A stretch of DNA of 17,322 nucleotides from Myxococcota bacterium (GTDB lineage Bacteria > Myxococcota > JACRCW01). The stretch spans positions 1 to 17,322 of the forward strand of contig JBFMGU010000222.1 in the NCBI GenBank assembly GCA_040752415.1, written 5' to 3'. Positions 1 through 8,267 of this stretch are shown one piece after another (position 1 is the first letter of the stretch; the number at the start of each line of letters is the position of its first letter). The position numbers were made by a program, and so were the translations under genes. The notes beneath the pieces were generated by a model. The model was not told where the DNA came from and searched no databases. It saw only the letters and a program-made list of their open reading frames with translations.

Positions 1-1
1 G

Positions 2-874
2 TCGCGCCGTCCACCCACGGACCCGGAGGTGCCGGTTCTCGTCGGGAGCACCGTGGCCCCGTCGGCACCACCCACCGCGGCGGCCCCACCCGCGGCCCCC
101 GCGTGGCCGGTGGCGTCGGGATGGCCGGTGGCACCCATCGCCGCACCCCGGGCCGCGACACCGCCTCCTCCGCCCTCGCCCGTCGCGCCACCGCCGCCCG
201 TGCCGTTCATGGCGCCCATCCGGTTCAGCATCCCGGACGGACAGGGCGAGAAGCTCCTCGCCGCCGACGAGTTGTGGAAGCTGATGGTGGCCAAGGGCGG
301 GGACATGCGCACCATGGTGACGTCGTCAGGTCACGGCTCGCTGGCCATGGGCGCGCTGGGCTGGCTCCTGATGCTGGATGGCTGGACGCCGGTCAATGAG
401 CCCGCGGAGAGCTTCTCCCTGGCCAAGGGCGACGTGGCCGCGCTGCGCGACCAGCTCCGTCGCTACGGGGAGCAGAAGGCGAGCGGTGCGTTGTGGCTCT
501 CCGGGCCGCAGGGCCAGAAGGCGGTGATGTACGTTCTGGCCGGTGAGCTGCGGTACGTGTGGAATCCCGTCGACACCCAGCACGCGCTGCCCATTCTCCT
601 CGACGAGCCCGCGCAGATGGGACCGGTGCTGCAGGGCATGATCGGCAGGCGCATCGTGATGTGGAAGGCGCTGCGGGAGTGCGTCCCCATCCCAGTGGGG
701 GCGGACATCCTGGCGCGCCGGTTCCGCTCCTTCCTCCTGGGCCGGGTGCGGGCGCTGTGGGGCTGGCACAAGTTCACCTGGCGTTTCGCAACGGGCACCG
801 GCGCGCCGTACGAGCTGCCGCCGGGGAGCGAGATCAGCCTGCTCAGCGGGGACATCCAGGGAGGCGGCGGTTGA
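2..874 (+). CDS. 5'-truncated protein: Pro-rich linker, GYF_2-like segment and DUF4388/PATAN-like C-terminal domain; probably the tail of a Ser/Thr kinase
   Basis: The frame is open from base 2 to TGA at 874. The C-terminus (SGALWLSG...GELRYV...WGWHKFTWRFATGTGAPYELP) aligns by eye with the tail of the kinase at 4736-6376 (TGALHIKG...GALVYV...THWHGARYTFRSGTPPPYALP). Confidence 0.75.
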   Translation, partial: SRRPPTDPEVPVLVGSTVAPSAPPTAAAPPAAPAWPVASGWPVAPIAAPRAATPPPPPSPVAPPPPVPFMAPIRFSIPDGQGEKLLAADELWKLMVAKGGDMRTMVTSSGHGSLAMGALGWLLMLDGWTPVNEPAESFSLAKGDVAALRDQLRRYGEQKASGALWLSGPQGQKAVMYVLAGELRYVWNPVDTQHALPILLDEPAQMGPVLQGMIGRRIVMWKALRECVPIPVGADILARRFRSFLLGRVRALWGWHKFTWRFATGTGAPYELPPGSEISLLSGDIQGGGG

Positions 875-1126
875 GCTTGCCTGCAACTCAGCATCTGCTC
901 GCGTGAGCCGTTCCACGGGCCCTGCTCGATGATAAGAGCGGTCGAGGTCCAGGGGAGCCTGGCACGCCGAGGTCATCACCGGGCTCCCTCTCCCGTGGAC
1001 CTGCTCTGCGCGGCGGCGGCCGAATCGGAGGAGCGGAGATCTGGCACATCGACGCGGATCATGACGTGATCGCCGCGGTGACCCGTCAGCCGGTGCGTCG
1101 GCTCGACGCCGGGTCGTGACGTCGCA

Positions 1127-1193
1127 CCCGAACCCCTCGCTTCCGGCAGCGCGGGTGGTGGCGCCCGGGGCCACACGTCCCAGGCCACGGCCC
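1127..1193 (+). repeat. Direct repeat copy 1 (left of the TA module)
   Basis: Hand alignment with 1795-1862 gives 58/69 identical columns, including the exact 20-mer CACGTCCCAGGCCACGGCCC at 1174-1193. Confidence 0.9.
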
Positions 1194-1268
1194 TGGTCTG
1201 GTGTGCAAGCCGTATCGGAGCGCTAGACTGCAGGCATCGGCCACGCCGCTCCGGACGATAGCGCGCCG

Positions 1269-1505
1269 TTGCTGCTCAACCTTCCAACCCACGTCAAGGA
1301 AGGGCTCCGCAAGCTGGCGGAGGACACCAACCGCAGCGAGACCGCCTTGGCCGCGGAGGTTCTGGCCGCGTTCGTGGACGAGCAGCGCTGGGTCGCTGAG
1401 GTCAACAAGGGGCTTGCCGCGTTGGATGAGGGGCGGCGCAACCGACTCGAGGATTTCAAGAAGTCTTTCTACGAGAAACTGGCCGCGCGTCGGACGCCGA
1501 AGTGA
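1269..1505 (+). CDS. CopG/ribbon-helix-helix type II antitoxin (start uncertain)
   Basis: LLLNLP..VKEGLRKLAEDTNRSETALAAEVLAAFV...EVNKGLAALDEGR is a typical RHH antitoxin pattern. It overlaps the toxin by 4 bp (GTGA). Confidence 0.85.
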   Translation: MLLNLPTHVKEGLRKLAEDTNRSETALAAEVLAAFVDEQRWVAEVNKGLAALDEGRRNRLEDFKKSFYEKLAARRTPK

Positions 1506-1789
1506 AGGCCGTCTTCATTTCGGACCTCGCGCAGCAGGACATCGAGGATATCCACGCCTACATCGCGCGCGACAACGAGGTTGCGGCGGACCGCATCGCG
1601 CGGCGCAACTTCGAGGCCACCGATCAGCTCGAGCACTTCCCAGAGATGGACCGTGTCGGCAAGGCATCGGGCACGCGGGAGCTCGTGGTGGCGGGGACGC
1701 CGTACGTCGTGGTCTATCGGGTTCGCTCGGACGACATCGAGATCGCTCGCGTGATCCATCACGCCAGGGATTGGCCGCGCGCCAGGTAG
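1502..1789 (+). CDS. RelE/ParE family type II toxin
   Basis: 95 aa with AQQDIEDIHAYIARDN..AADR, FPEM.R.G...GTRELVV..TPYVVVYRV....IEIARVIH.ARDW. Confidence 0.9.
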   Translation: MKAVFISDLAQQDIEDIHAYIARDNEVAADRIARRNFEATDQLEHFPEMDRVGKASGTRELVVAGTPYVVVYRVRSDDIEIARVIHHARDWPRAR

Positions 1790-1794
1790 CCAAC

Positions 1795-1862
1795 CCCGAC
1801 CCTTCGCTTCGGCCAGGGAGGGTGGTGATGCGCCCTGGGTCCCACGTCCCAGGCCACGGCCC
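1795..1862 (+). repeat. Direct repeat copy 2 (right of the TA module)
   Basis: Begins 5 bp after the toxin stop. The same 20-mer core is at 1843-1862. Confidence 0.9.
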
Positions 1863-1888
1863 GGTTGCTCCACCCCGCGCCTTCCCGG

Positions 1889-1917
1889 TTGGGTCCAGGC
1901 GCCTTCAGGACTAGGCT
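1889..1917 (+). promoter_or_regulatory. Candidate sigma70-type promoter for sctV
   Basis: TTGGGT (1889-1894), 17-bp spacer, TAGGCT (1912-1917). Confidence 0.35.
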
Positions 1918-1956
1918 GCTCCCGCCCCGGATGGCATGGCAGTCCATGGAGGCGTC

Positions 1957-4110
1957 GTGAAGCAGTTCATTGAAATCATCAAGGCCGGCGGCCTTGCCAC
2001 GGTGATGAAGCGCTACGCCGACGTCGCTCTGGCGGGCGTGGTGGTCCTCATCCTCAGCATGTTCATCATGCCGGTCCCGCCGCTGGTCCTGGACCTGCTC
2101 ATCACCATCAACGTCTCCGTGTCCATGGTGATGCTCCTCATCGCCATCTACATCCCCAACGCGCTGGCGCTGGCCTCCTTCCCCTCCATCATCCTCGTCA
2201 CCACGCTGTTCCGGCTCGCCATCTCCATTGCCTCCACCCGCCTCATCCTCCTCACCGCGCACGCCGGAGAGGTGATCCAGGCGTTCGGCCAGTTCGTCGT
2301 CGGCGGTAACTTCGTCGTCGGCGCGGTGATGTTCCTGCTGCTCACCCTGATCAACTTCCTCGTCATCACCAAGGGCAGCGAGCGTGTGTCGGAAGTGGCC
2401 GCGCGCTTCACCCTGGACGCCATGCCCGGCAAGCAGATGTCCATTGACGCGGACCTCCGCGCCGGTGCCTTTGACCTCGACGAGGCCCGCAAGCGCCGCA
2501 ATGACCTCGGTCGTGAGTCGCAGCTGTTCGGCTCCATGGACGGCGCCATGAAGTTCGTGAAGGGCGACGCCATTGCCGGCATCATCATCACCGTCATCAA
2601 CATCGTGGCCGGCCTGATCATCGGCGTGATGCAGATGGGCATGACGGCCGGAGAGGCCATCCAGACCTTCGCCATCCTCACCATCGGCGACGGGCTCGTG
2701 GCCCAGATCCCCGCGCTGCTCATGGCCACCTGCGCCGGTCTCGTGACCACGCGCGTGGCGTCCGAGGAGGAAGGCGCCAACCTCGGTCAGGACCTCGCCG
2801 GTCAGATCCTCGCGCAGCCCAAGGCGTTCGCCATTGCCGCGGGCTTCCTCATCGGCATGGGCATCGTGCCCGGCATGCCCACCGTGCCGTTCTTCCTCAT
2901 TGCCACCACGCTGGCGGGCCTCAGCTACGGCCTCTTCAAGGCGCAGAAGCTCAAGGGCGGCGCGGGCGGGCCGGTGGCCGACGTCGTGGCGGAGCGCGAG
3001 GAGAAGGCGGAGGAGCAGAAGAAGGAGGCGGTGCAGAAGGCCAAGGCGCAGGAAGGCCAGAGCCAGCAGATGCTGCCGGTGGTGACGCCCATTGCGCTGG
3101 AGGTGGCGTCCGACCTCATCCCGCTCGTCGACGACGCCACGGGCAGCAAGTTCCTCAACGAGATGATCCCGATGATGCGCGACGGTCTCTTCTATGAGCT
3201 CGGCGTGCGCTACCCCGGCCTGCGCGTGCGCGGCAACGAGGGTGACCTGCCCAAGGGCGCGTACATCATCATGATCAACGAGATTCCCCTCGTCATGGGC
3301 ACCGTGGACCTGGGCAAGATCCTGGTGAACGACACGCCCGAGCGCCTCCGCCTCCTCAACATCCCCGGCGAGCCCGCCACCAACCCGGCCAACGGCAACG
3401 ACTGCGCGTGGGTGAGCGTGGAGAACAAGGAGCTGTGCGAGCAGGCCGGTCTGACGACGTGGGATGCCTCCGGCTTCATGGTGCTGCACCTCTCCGCGGT
3501 GCTGCGCAAGAACGCCAGCGAGTTCGTGGGTATCCAGGAGACCCAGAACATGCTGGAGCAGCTGGAGATGGCCTTCCCGGCGCTGGTGAAGGAAGTGGTG
3601 CCCAAGGCGGTCAGCCCGTTCCAGCTCACGGACATCTTGCGGCGTCTCGTCGAGGAGGAGATCTCCATCCGCGACCTGCGCTCCATCCTGCAGGCGCTGG
3701 CGGAGTGGGGTCCCGTCGAGAACGACACCGTGATGCTGACCGAGTACGTGCGCGCCGCGCTCAAGCGGTACATCAGCCACAAGTACACGCGCGGTCAGAG
3801 CACGCTCATCGTGTACCTCATCGACCCGCAGATCGAGGAGACGGTGCGCTCCTCCATCCAGCACACCAGCTCCGGCAGCTACCTGGCATTGGAGCCGGAG
3901 ATCACGCAGGAGATCCTGGCGGCGGTGCGCAATGAGATTGGCAACCTGCCTCCCAGCGCGCAGCAGCCGGTGATCCTGACGACGATGGAAATCCGTCGTT
4001 ACTTCCGCAAGCTCGTCGAGCTGGAGTTCCCGCACCTCGCGGTGCTGAGCTACCAGGAGCTCTCGCCGGAAATGAACATCCAGCCCATTGCGCGTATCAG
4101 CCTGGGCTGA
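1957..4110 (+). CDS. sctV: Type III secretion export-gate protein SctV (LcrD/InvA/FHIPEP family), non-flagellar type
   Basis: Multi-TM N-half with ERVSEVAARFTLDAMPGKQMSIDADLRAG. SctV-type motifs: ESQLFGSMDGAMKFVKGDAIAG, LTEYVRAALKRYISHKY, GSYLALEPE, VLSYQEL. GGAGG at 1948-1952 favours GTG 1957; ATG 1936 is the alternative. Confidence 0.92.
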   Translation: MKQFIEIIKAGGLATVMKRYADVALAGVVVLILSMFIMPVPPLVLDLLITINVSVSMVMLLIAIYIPNALALASFPSIILVTTLFRLAISIASTRLILLTAHAGEVIQAFGQFVVGGNFVVGAVMFLLLTLINFLVITKGSERVSEVAARFTLDAMPGKQMSIDADLRAGAFDLDEARKRRNDLGRESQLFGSMDGAMKFVKGDAIAGIIITVINIVAGLIIGVMQMGMTAGEAIQTFAILTIGDGLVAQIPALLMATCAGLVTTRVASEEEGANLGQDLAGQILAQPKAFAIAAGFLIGMGIVPGMPTVPFFLIATTLAGLSYGLFKAQKLKGGAGGPVADVVAEREEKAEEQKKEAVQKAKAQEGQSQQMLPVVTPIALEVASDLIPLVDDATGSKFLNEMIPMMRDGLFYELGVRYPGLRVRGNEGDLPKGAYIIMINEIPLVMGTVDLGKILVNDTPERLRLLNIPGEPATNPANGNDCAWVSVENKELCEQAGLTTWDASGFMVLHLSAVLRKNASEFVGIQETQNMLEQLEMAFPALVKEVVPKAVSPFQLTDILRRLVEEEISIRDLRSILQALAEWGPVENDTVMLTEYVRAALKRYISHKYTRGQSTLIVYLIDPQIEETVRSSIQHTSSGSYLALEPEITQEILAAVRNEIGNLPPSAQQPVILTTMEIRRYFRKLVELEFPHLAVLSYQELSPEMNIQPIARISLG

Positions 4111-4137
4111 GGACTCATCCCCGGTCTATCGGTTCCT

Positions 4138-4362
4138 CGGACGTCGTGAGCGGACCTCGACCTGGAGTGCGGCGGGCCCTCGCCGCCCTGGTCAGCGCCG
4201 AGCGGTTTGCTCGCCCTGCCAACGGTCCTTCACCCGAGAGCGACTCAGCCGCCGATTTTTCCGTCGTTGGCGGCCTCCTGGCCGTGAGGGGGGCTCGGTG
4301 GGCTCTGGCCAGGGCGGTGACAGGCGACCGCGCTCCAGGTCGAGGTCCGTTCACGACGTTTG
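4138..4362 (+). repeat. Long intergenic inverted repeat; candidate structured RNA or MITE-like element
   Basis: 4141-4172 pairs with 4328-4359 (30 WC + 2 G.U). 4180-4199 pairs with 4301-4320 (17 WC + 2 G.U + 1 mismatch) in the same register. Inner hairpins at 4199-4213 and 4248-4274. Confidence 0.9.
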
Positions 4363-4483
4363 CTTTCCCGATGGGCGCCATCTCCTGGCGGACCCGCCCA
4401 GTCATCCCTCAGGGGGATGGCAGCTCACGATCCGTTCCGTACGCTTCCATTTGGCGTGGCCACTTCCACGCGCGGAGGTAGGG

Positions 4484-4732
4484 ATGAAGAATCTGTTTGC
4501 AGCAGTGGCGCTCACGTTGGTGACGAGCACAGCGGTGGCGCAGGGCGTCCCGGGGCAGAAGAAGAATGAGCCGGTCCAGACCTACGACTTCTCCGTCATC
4601 GTTCTCGACGGAACTCGCACCGTTCCGGGTTGTGACTACATCCCAGCCCGGAAGCGAACCAAGTTCCGCAACATGATCGAGGTCCGTGCGAACTTCCACC
4701 CGGAGATGAACCAGAGCGCGTCGTCACTCTGA
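4484..4732 (+). CDS. Small secreted CglF/GltF-like protein (82 aa; adventurous gliding family)
   Basis: GGAGG at 4474-4478, signal peptide ending AVA-Q, then TYDF...LDG...PGCDYIPARKRTKFRNMIEVRANFHPEMNQSASSL. This matches the CglF pattern as I recall it (DF..D.IEG....PDG.Y..ARK..KH..LI.IR..F...M.QS...L). Confidence 0.75.
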   Translation: MKNLFAAVALTLVTSTAVAQGVPGQKKNEPVQTYDFSVIVLDGTRTVPGCDYIPARKRTKFRNMIEVRANFHPEMNQSASSL

Positions 4733-4735
4733 CCT

Positions 4736-6376
4736 TCACGGCAGCGCGTAGGGCGGCGGTGTTCCTGACCGGAATGTGTACCGCGCCCCGTGCCAGTGCG
4801 TGATTTCCTCCAGCCGCAGCGCATTCATCTCCGCCATCGCGTTGCGCACCTCCGCCATCGTGCGCACCCCGGTGCGAACGGCCGCCTCCCAGACCGGCAC
4901 CCCGCGCTCCAGGCTCATGCGCAATGCGGCGGTGACCATTTCCTCGTCGTCAGGAAGCAGCGCGTGCAGCACGCCGCGGTGCACGTCCGGTTGTTGCACG
5001 TAGACCAGCGCGCCTTCCCGGAAGAACGCCAGCGCCTCACGCAGGCCCTTGATGTGCAGCGCACCCGTCGAGCGCATGTCGCGCAGGCTTGTGAGCAGCT
5101 CGTCGGGCTCGGTGAGCTCGCCGGCAATCCCGGTTTCCCGGTACGGCGGCAGCGGCACGTAGGGATCCAGCATCCACAGGCGCGCCACGTCGGAGAGCGT
5201 GAGGGGCGGGAGGCCCGGAGCACGCAACGTCGTCGAGCGCGGAATGAGTCCCGCACCCAACCGCGCCAGCAGCTGCAATCCCGCCATGGGCCCAGGCGGC
5301 GAGCCCATCCCGCCCACCTCCACCTGCCCCTCACGTTCCCGCAGCGACGAGAGCTTCGCGCTGACGGTGCGCGGCTCCGTCGGCAGCATGGTGGCGGAGC
5401 GTTGCGGACGAGCCAGCGACGTCAACGTCTCCGGCCGCAATCCCTCGACGTAGCGGTCCACGCGCAAGGCCAGCTCCGCCTGGAAGTCGACGGAGAACCG
5501 GTCCAGCACGTGCGAGACCTGCTCCTCCAGCTCCCGCGCGGTCTGCACGCGCTGCGCCGGGTCGCGCTCCAACGTGCGCATCACCAGCCGGTCCAGCTCG
5601 ACGGGAACCTCCGGGTTCAGCTCCCGCACCGACGGAATGGGCGCCTCCAGCACCGCGCGCATCACTTCGTATTCGGTCTTCAGGTTGAACAGCCGCTTGC
5701 CGGTGAGGAGCTCCCACAACGTCACGCCCGCGCTGAAGATGTCCGCGCGCTGGTCGAACGGTTTCTCCGAGAGCATCTCCGGGCACATGTAGCTGAGCTT
5801 GCCCTTCACCTCTCCGGTCAGCGTCCGACGCACCTGGTTGTTCGCCCGCGCCACGCCAAAGTCGCCCAGCTTGGCCTCGCCCCGACGGGTGAGCAGGATG
5901 TTCCCTGGCGTGACGTCGCGGTGGATGATCCCCAGCGCCCGCCCCGAGGGATCCCGCGCCGCGTGCGCGTAGGTGAGCCCCTTGAGCATGCAGGAGCCCA
6001 GGTACACGGCAACCGCCAGCGGCAACGCCTCCCGACGACGAGCCGCGCCCTCCATGAGCTGCCCGACGTCGCCGCCGTCCATCAGCTCCAGCACCATGGC
6101 AATCTCACCGTCGGGCAGTGAGAGCAGCTCCCGCACCTGCACCACGTTGGGATGACGGAGCTGGACCGAGAGCCGCGCCTCGTCGTCGAACATGGCGCGC
6201 AGCCGGTCGTCGGTGCGCAGCGCGGTGAGGAGGCGCTTGATGACCACCAGGCGTGGCGTCACGTCGGGGTCGGAGTGTTCCGCCAGGAGCACCTCCGCCA
6301 TCCCGCCACGCCCTAACCGCGACAACACGGCCCACGGGCCGAGCACGTACGGTTGAAACGGGTCGCGGACGCTCAC
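4736..6376 (-). CDS. Cytoplasmic Hanks-type Ser/Thr protein kinase with GYF_2-like and DUF4388-like C-terminal regions
   Basis: LGRGGMAEV, VVIKRL, HRDVTPGNILL, DFGVA, GKLSYMCPE, ADIFSAG; no TM segment. Start is GTG 6376 (GGAGG 12 nt upstream) or 6412. Confidence 0.93.
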   Translation of the reverse strand: MSVRDPFQPYVLGPWAVLSRLGRGGMAEVLLAEHSDPDVTPRLVVIKRLLTALRTDDRLRAMFDDEARLSVQLRHPNVVQVRELLSLPDGEIAMVLELMDGGDVGQLMEGAARRREALPLAVAVYLGSCMLKGLTYAHAARDPSGRALGIIHRDVTPGNILLTRRGEAKLGDFGVARANNQVRRTLTGEVKGKLSYMCPEMLSEKPFDQRADIFSAGVTLWELLTGKRLFNLKTEYEVMRAVLEAPIPSVRELNPEVPVELDRLVMRTLERDPAQRVQTARELEEQVSHVLDRFSVDFQAELALRVDRYVEGLRPETLTSLARPQRSATMLPTEPRTVSAKLSSLREREGQVEVGGMGSPPGPMAGLQLLARLGAGLIPRSTTLRAPGLPPLTLSDVARLWMLDPYVPLPPYRETGIAGELTEPDELLTSLRDMRSTGALHIKGLREALAFFREGALVYVQQPDVHRGVLHALLPDDEEMVTAALRMSLERGVPVWEAAVRTGVRTMAEVRNAMAEMNALRLEEITHWHGARYTFRSGTPPPYALP

Positions 6377-6474
6377 CCCGCGGATGTTCCTCCCGACGGG
6401 TTGGCCCGGCAACTGTCTTGACGTTTTCCGTCACCCCGCGATCCCCGCTATGACGGGAACCACAGGAGGCACGC

Positions 6475-7149
6475 ATGCCCGCACGGGGTCACTTCACGCC
6501 GGAGCTCTTCCGTTTCATCAACGACCTGAAGAAGCACAACGACCGCGCCTGGTTCGAGGCCAACAAGCCCCGCTACGAGCAGCACGTCAAGGCGCCCCTG
6601 CTCGCCTTCATCGGTGACTTCGGCGGCAAGCTCCCGCGCTTCGCGCCCAGCTACCTGGCGGACCCGCGCCCCGTCGGGGGATCCATGTTCCGCATCTACC
6701 GCGACACGCGCTTTGCCAAGGACAAGAGCCCGTACAAGACGCACGCCTCCGCGCACTTCCGCCACCAGCTGGCGACGAAGAACGTGCACGCGCCCGGCTT
6801 CTACCTGCACCTGGAGCCCGGCGCGTCGCTCTGCGGCGTGGGCATGTGGCACCCCGAGCCGGAGCCGCTCAAGCTCATCCGCGACCGCATCGTGGCCAAG
6901 CCCAAGGAGTGGAAGGCGGTGCGCGAGGCCTTCGAGATCGAGGGCGACACGCTCAAGCGTCCCCCCGCCGGCTACGACGCGGCGCACCCGTTCATCGACG
7001 ACCTCAAGCGCAAGGACTTCATCACCTCGGTGAGCTTCAAGGACGCCGAGGTGACGCGCGCGGACTTCCTGGAGCGTTTCACTGAGGCGTGCCAGGAGCT
7101 GGCGCCGCTCAACCGCTTCCTGGTGCAGGCGGTGGGACTGAAGTGGTGA
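6475..7149 (+). CDS. DUF2461 (TIGR02453) family protein
   Basis: HNDRAWFEANKPRYE, MFRIYRDTRFAKDKSPYKT, PGFYLHLEPG, LKRPPAGYDAAHP..DDLKRKDF; GGAGG RBS upstream. Confidence 0.92.
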   Translation: MPARGHFTPELFRFINDLKKHNDRAWFEANKPRYEQHVKAPLLAFIGDFGGKLPRFAPSYLADPRPVGGSMFRIYRDTRFAKDKSPYKTHASAHFRHQLATKNVHAPGFYLHLEPGASLCGVGMWHPEPEPLKLIRDRIVAKPKEWKAVREAFEIEGDTLKRPPAGYDAAHPFIDDLKRKDFITSVSFKDAEVTRADFLERFTEACQELAPLNRFLVQAVGLKW

Positions 7150-7256
7150 GCGCGGAATGCGCATGCCCCGCCGGATGATTAGTTATCGCGCCTTGTGTCG
7201 GAGGACGGGGGCATGCATGGTCAGGCAGGATTGCGCGTTGTACCGGGAGGAACCGC

Positions 7257-8267
7257 ATGAGTGAGCGTGTTGCCGTCATTGGCGCCGGAAGCTTTGGCAC
7301 GGCCCTGTCCAAGGTCTTCGCGGAGAACGGGCACCAGACCACGTTGTGGGGTCGGGATGAGCACGTGGCGGAGCACATCCGCACCCATCACCGCCACCCG
7401 CGCTACCTCCAGGGCGTCCAGCTCCCCGCCGGCCTGCGCGCCACCTCCAACCTCGACGAGGCCGTCGCCGACGCCCAGGTCCTGGTCAACGCCGTCCCCA
7501 GCCAGGCGGTGCGCGAGACGTTTGGTCCGCTGGCCAAGACGCTCAAGCCCGGCACCGTGCTGCTGAACGCCAGCAAGGGCATCGAGGTCGGGTCGCTGAT
7601 GACCATCTCCCAGATCTTCGAGGAGATCTTCCCGACGGAGATGCACGCCTCCTTTGCCTACCTCTCCGGCCCCTCGTTCGCGCTGGAGCTGGCGCGGCGC
7701 GTCCCCACCGCGGTGACCATCGCCTCGGTGAGCCATGAGACCGCGGCGCGCATGCAGCGCATGATCAGCAACGACTACTTCCGCGCCTACACCACCGACG
7801 ACGTGCTGGGCGTGGAGCTGGCCGGCGCGCTGAAGAACGTGGTGGCCATTGGCGTCGGATGCGCGGAGGGCCTGGGCCTGGGGCACAACGCGCGGGCGGC
7901 CATGATCACCCGCGGCCTCGCCGAGATGGCGCGCCTGGGCGTGAAGCTGGGAGCGCAGCCCATGACGTTCGCGGGATTGGCCGGCGTGGGCGACCTCATC
8001 CTGACCTGCACCGGTCAGCTCAGCCGCAACCGCACCGTCGGGTACGAGCTGGGGCAGGGCAAGAAGCTCGACGAGATCCTGCAGAAGCTGGGCATGGTGG
8101 CGGAGGGTGTGAAGACGGCCAAGAGCGCCCATGACCTCGCCAAGCGGGAGAACGTGGACATGCCGCTGGCCGCCGCCGCCTACCAGATCCTCTACGACGG
8201 ACGTCACCCGCGCGACATCCTCTACGAGCTGATGGGTCGCGCCCTGCGCAAGGAGACCGACGGATGA
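7257..8267 (+). CDS. gpsA: NAD(P)H-dependent glycerol-3-phosphate dehydrogenase
   Basis: GAGSFGTAL, ASKGIE, LSGPSFA, GALKNVVAI, GVGDLILTCTGQLSRNR, VAEGV. Confidence 0.97.
   Translation: MSERVAVIGAGSFGTALSKVFAENGHQTTLWGRDEHVAEHIRTHHRHPRYLQGVQLPAGLRATSNLDEAVADAQVLVNAVPSQAVRETFGPLAKTLKPGTVLLNASKGIEVGSLMTISQIFEEIFPTEMHASFAYLSGPSFALELARRVPTAVTIASVSHETAARMQRMISNDYFRAYTTDDVLGVELAGALKNVVAIGVGCAEGLGLGHNARAAMITRGLAEMARLGVKLGAQPMTFAGLAGVGDLILTCTGQLSRNRTVGYELGQGKKLDEILQKLGMVAEGVKTAKSAHDLAKRENVDMPLAAAAYQILYDGRHPRDILYELMGRALRKETDG

Noticed and set aside
875..1126. Possible minus-strand gene remnant (…APLDLDRSYHRAG…)
   Set aside because: Too short and fragmentary to assign without a search.
1789..1870. 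Integron attC interpretation of the TA-flanking repeats (GCCAAC...GTTGCTC around copy 2)
   Set aside because: The boxes do not fit RYYYAAC/GTTRRRY, copy 1 lacks them, the sites are not overall palindromes, and there is no integrase.
1759..4035. 758-aa minus-strand ORF (likewise 8222-9388, 9028-10656, 13237-15135, 15429-16844 and other long overlapping ORFs)
   Set aside because: Antisense or off-frame shadows of well-supported genes, expected in high-GC DNA; no recognisable motifs.
1957..4110. Calling the gene flagellar flhA
   Set aside because: GSMDGAMKFVKGD and the C-terminal motifs are SctV-type (FlhA typically has GAMDGASKFVRGD); no flagellar neighbours.
4138..4362. Retron msr-msd, 6S RNA or intrinsic terminator
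   Set aside because: No reverse transcriptase nearby and no long internal msd hairpin; no 6S-like large central bubble; far too long for a simple terminator.
4088..4483. N-terminal extension of the 214-aa ORF and the ORFs at 4115-4405 and 4146-4481
   Set aside because: The RBS and signal peptide define ATG 4484; the upstream translations are not protein-like and overlap the hairpin.
7161..7216. 9-bp inverted repeat GCATGCCCC/GGGGCATGC between DUF2461 and gpsA
   Set aside because: Short, 38-nt spacer and no U-tract; could be chance.
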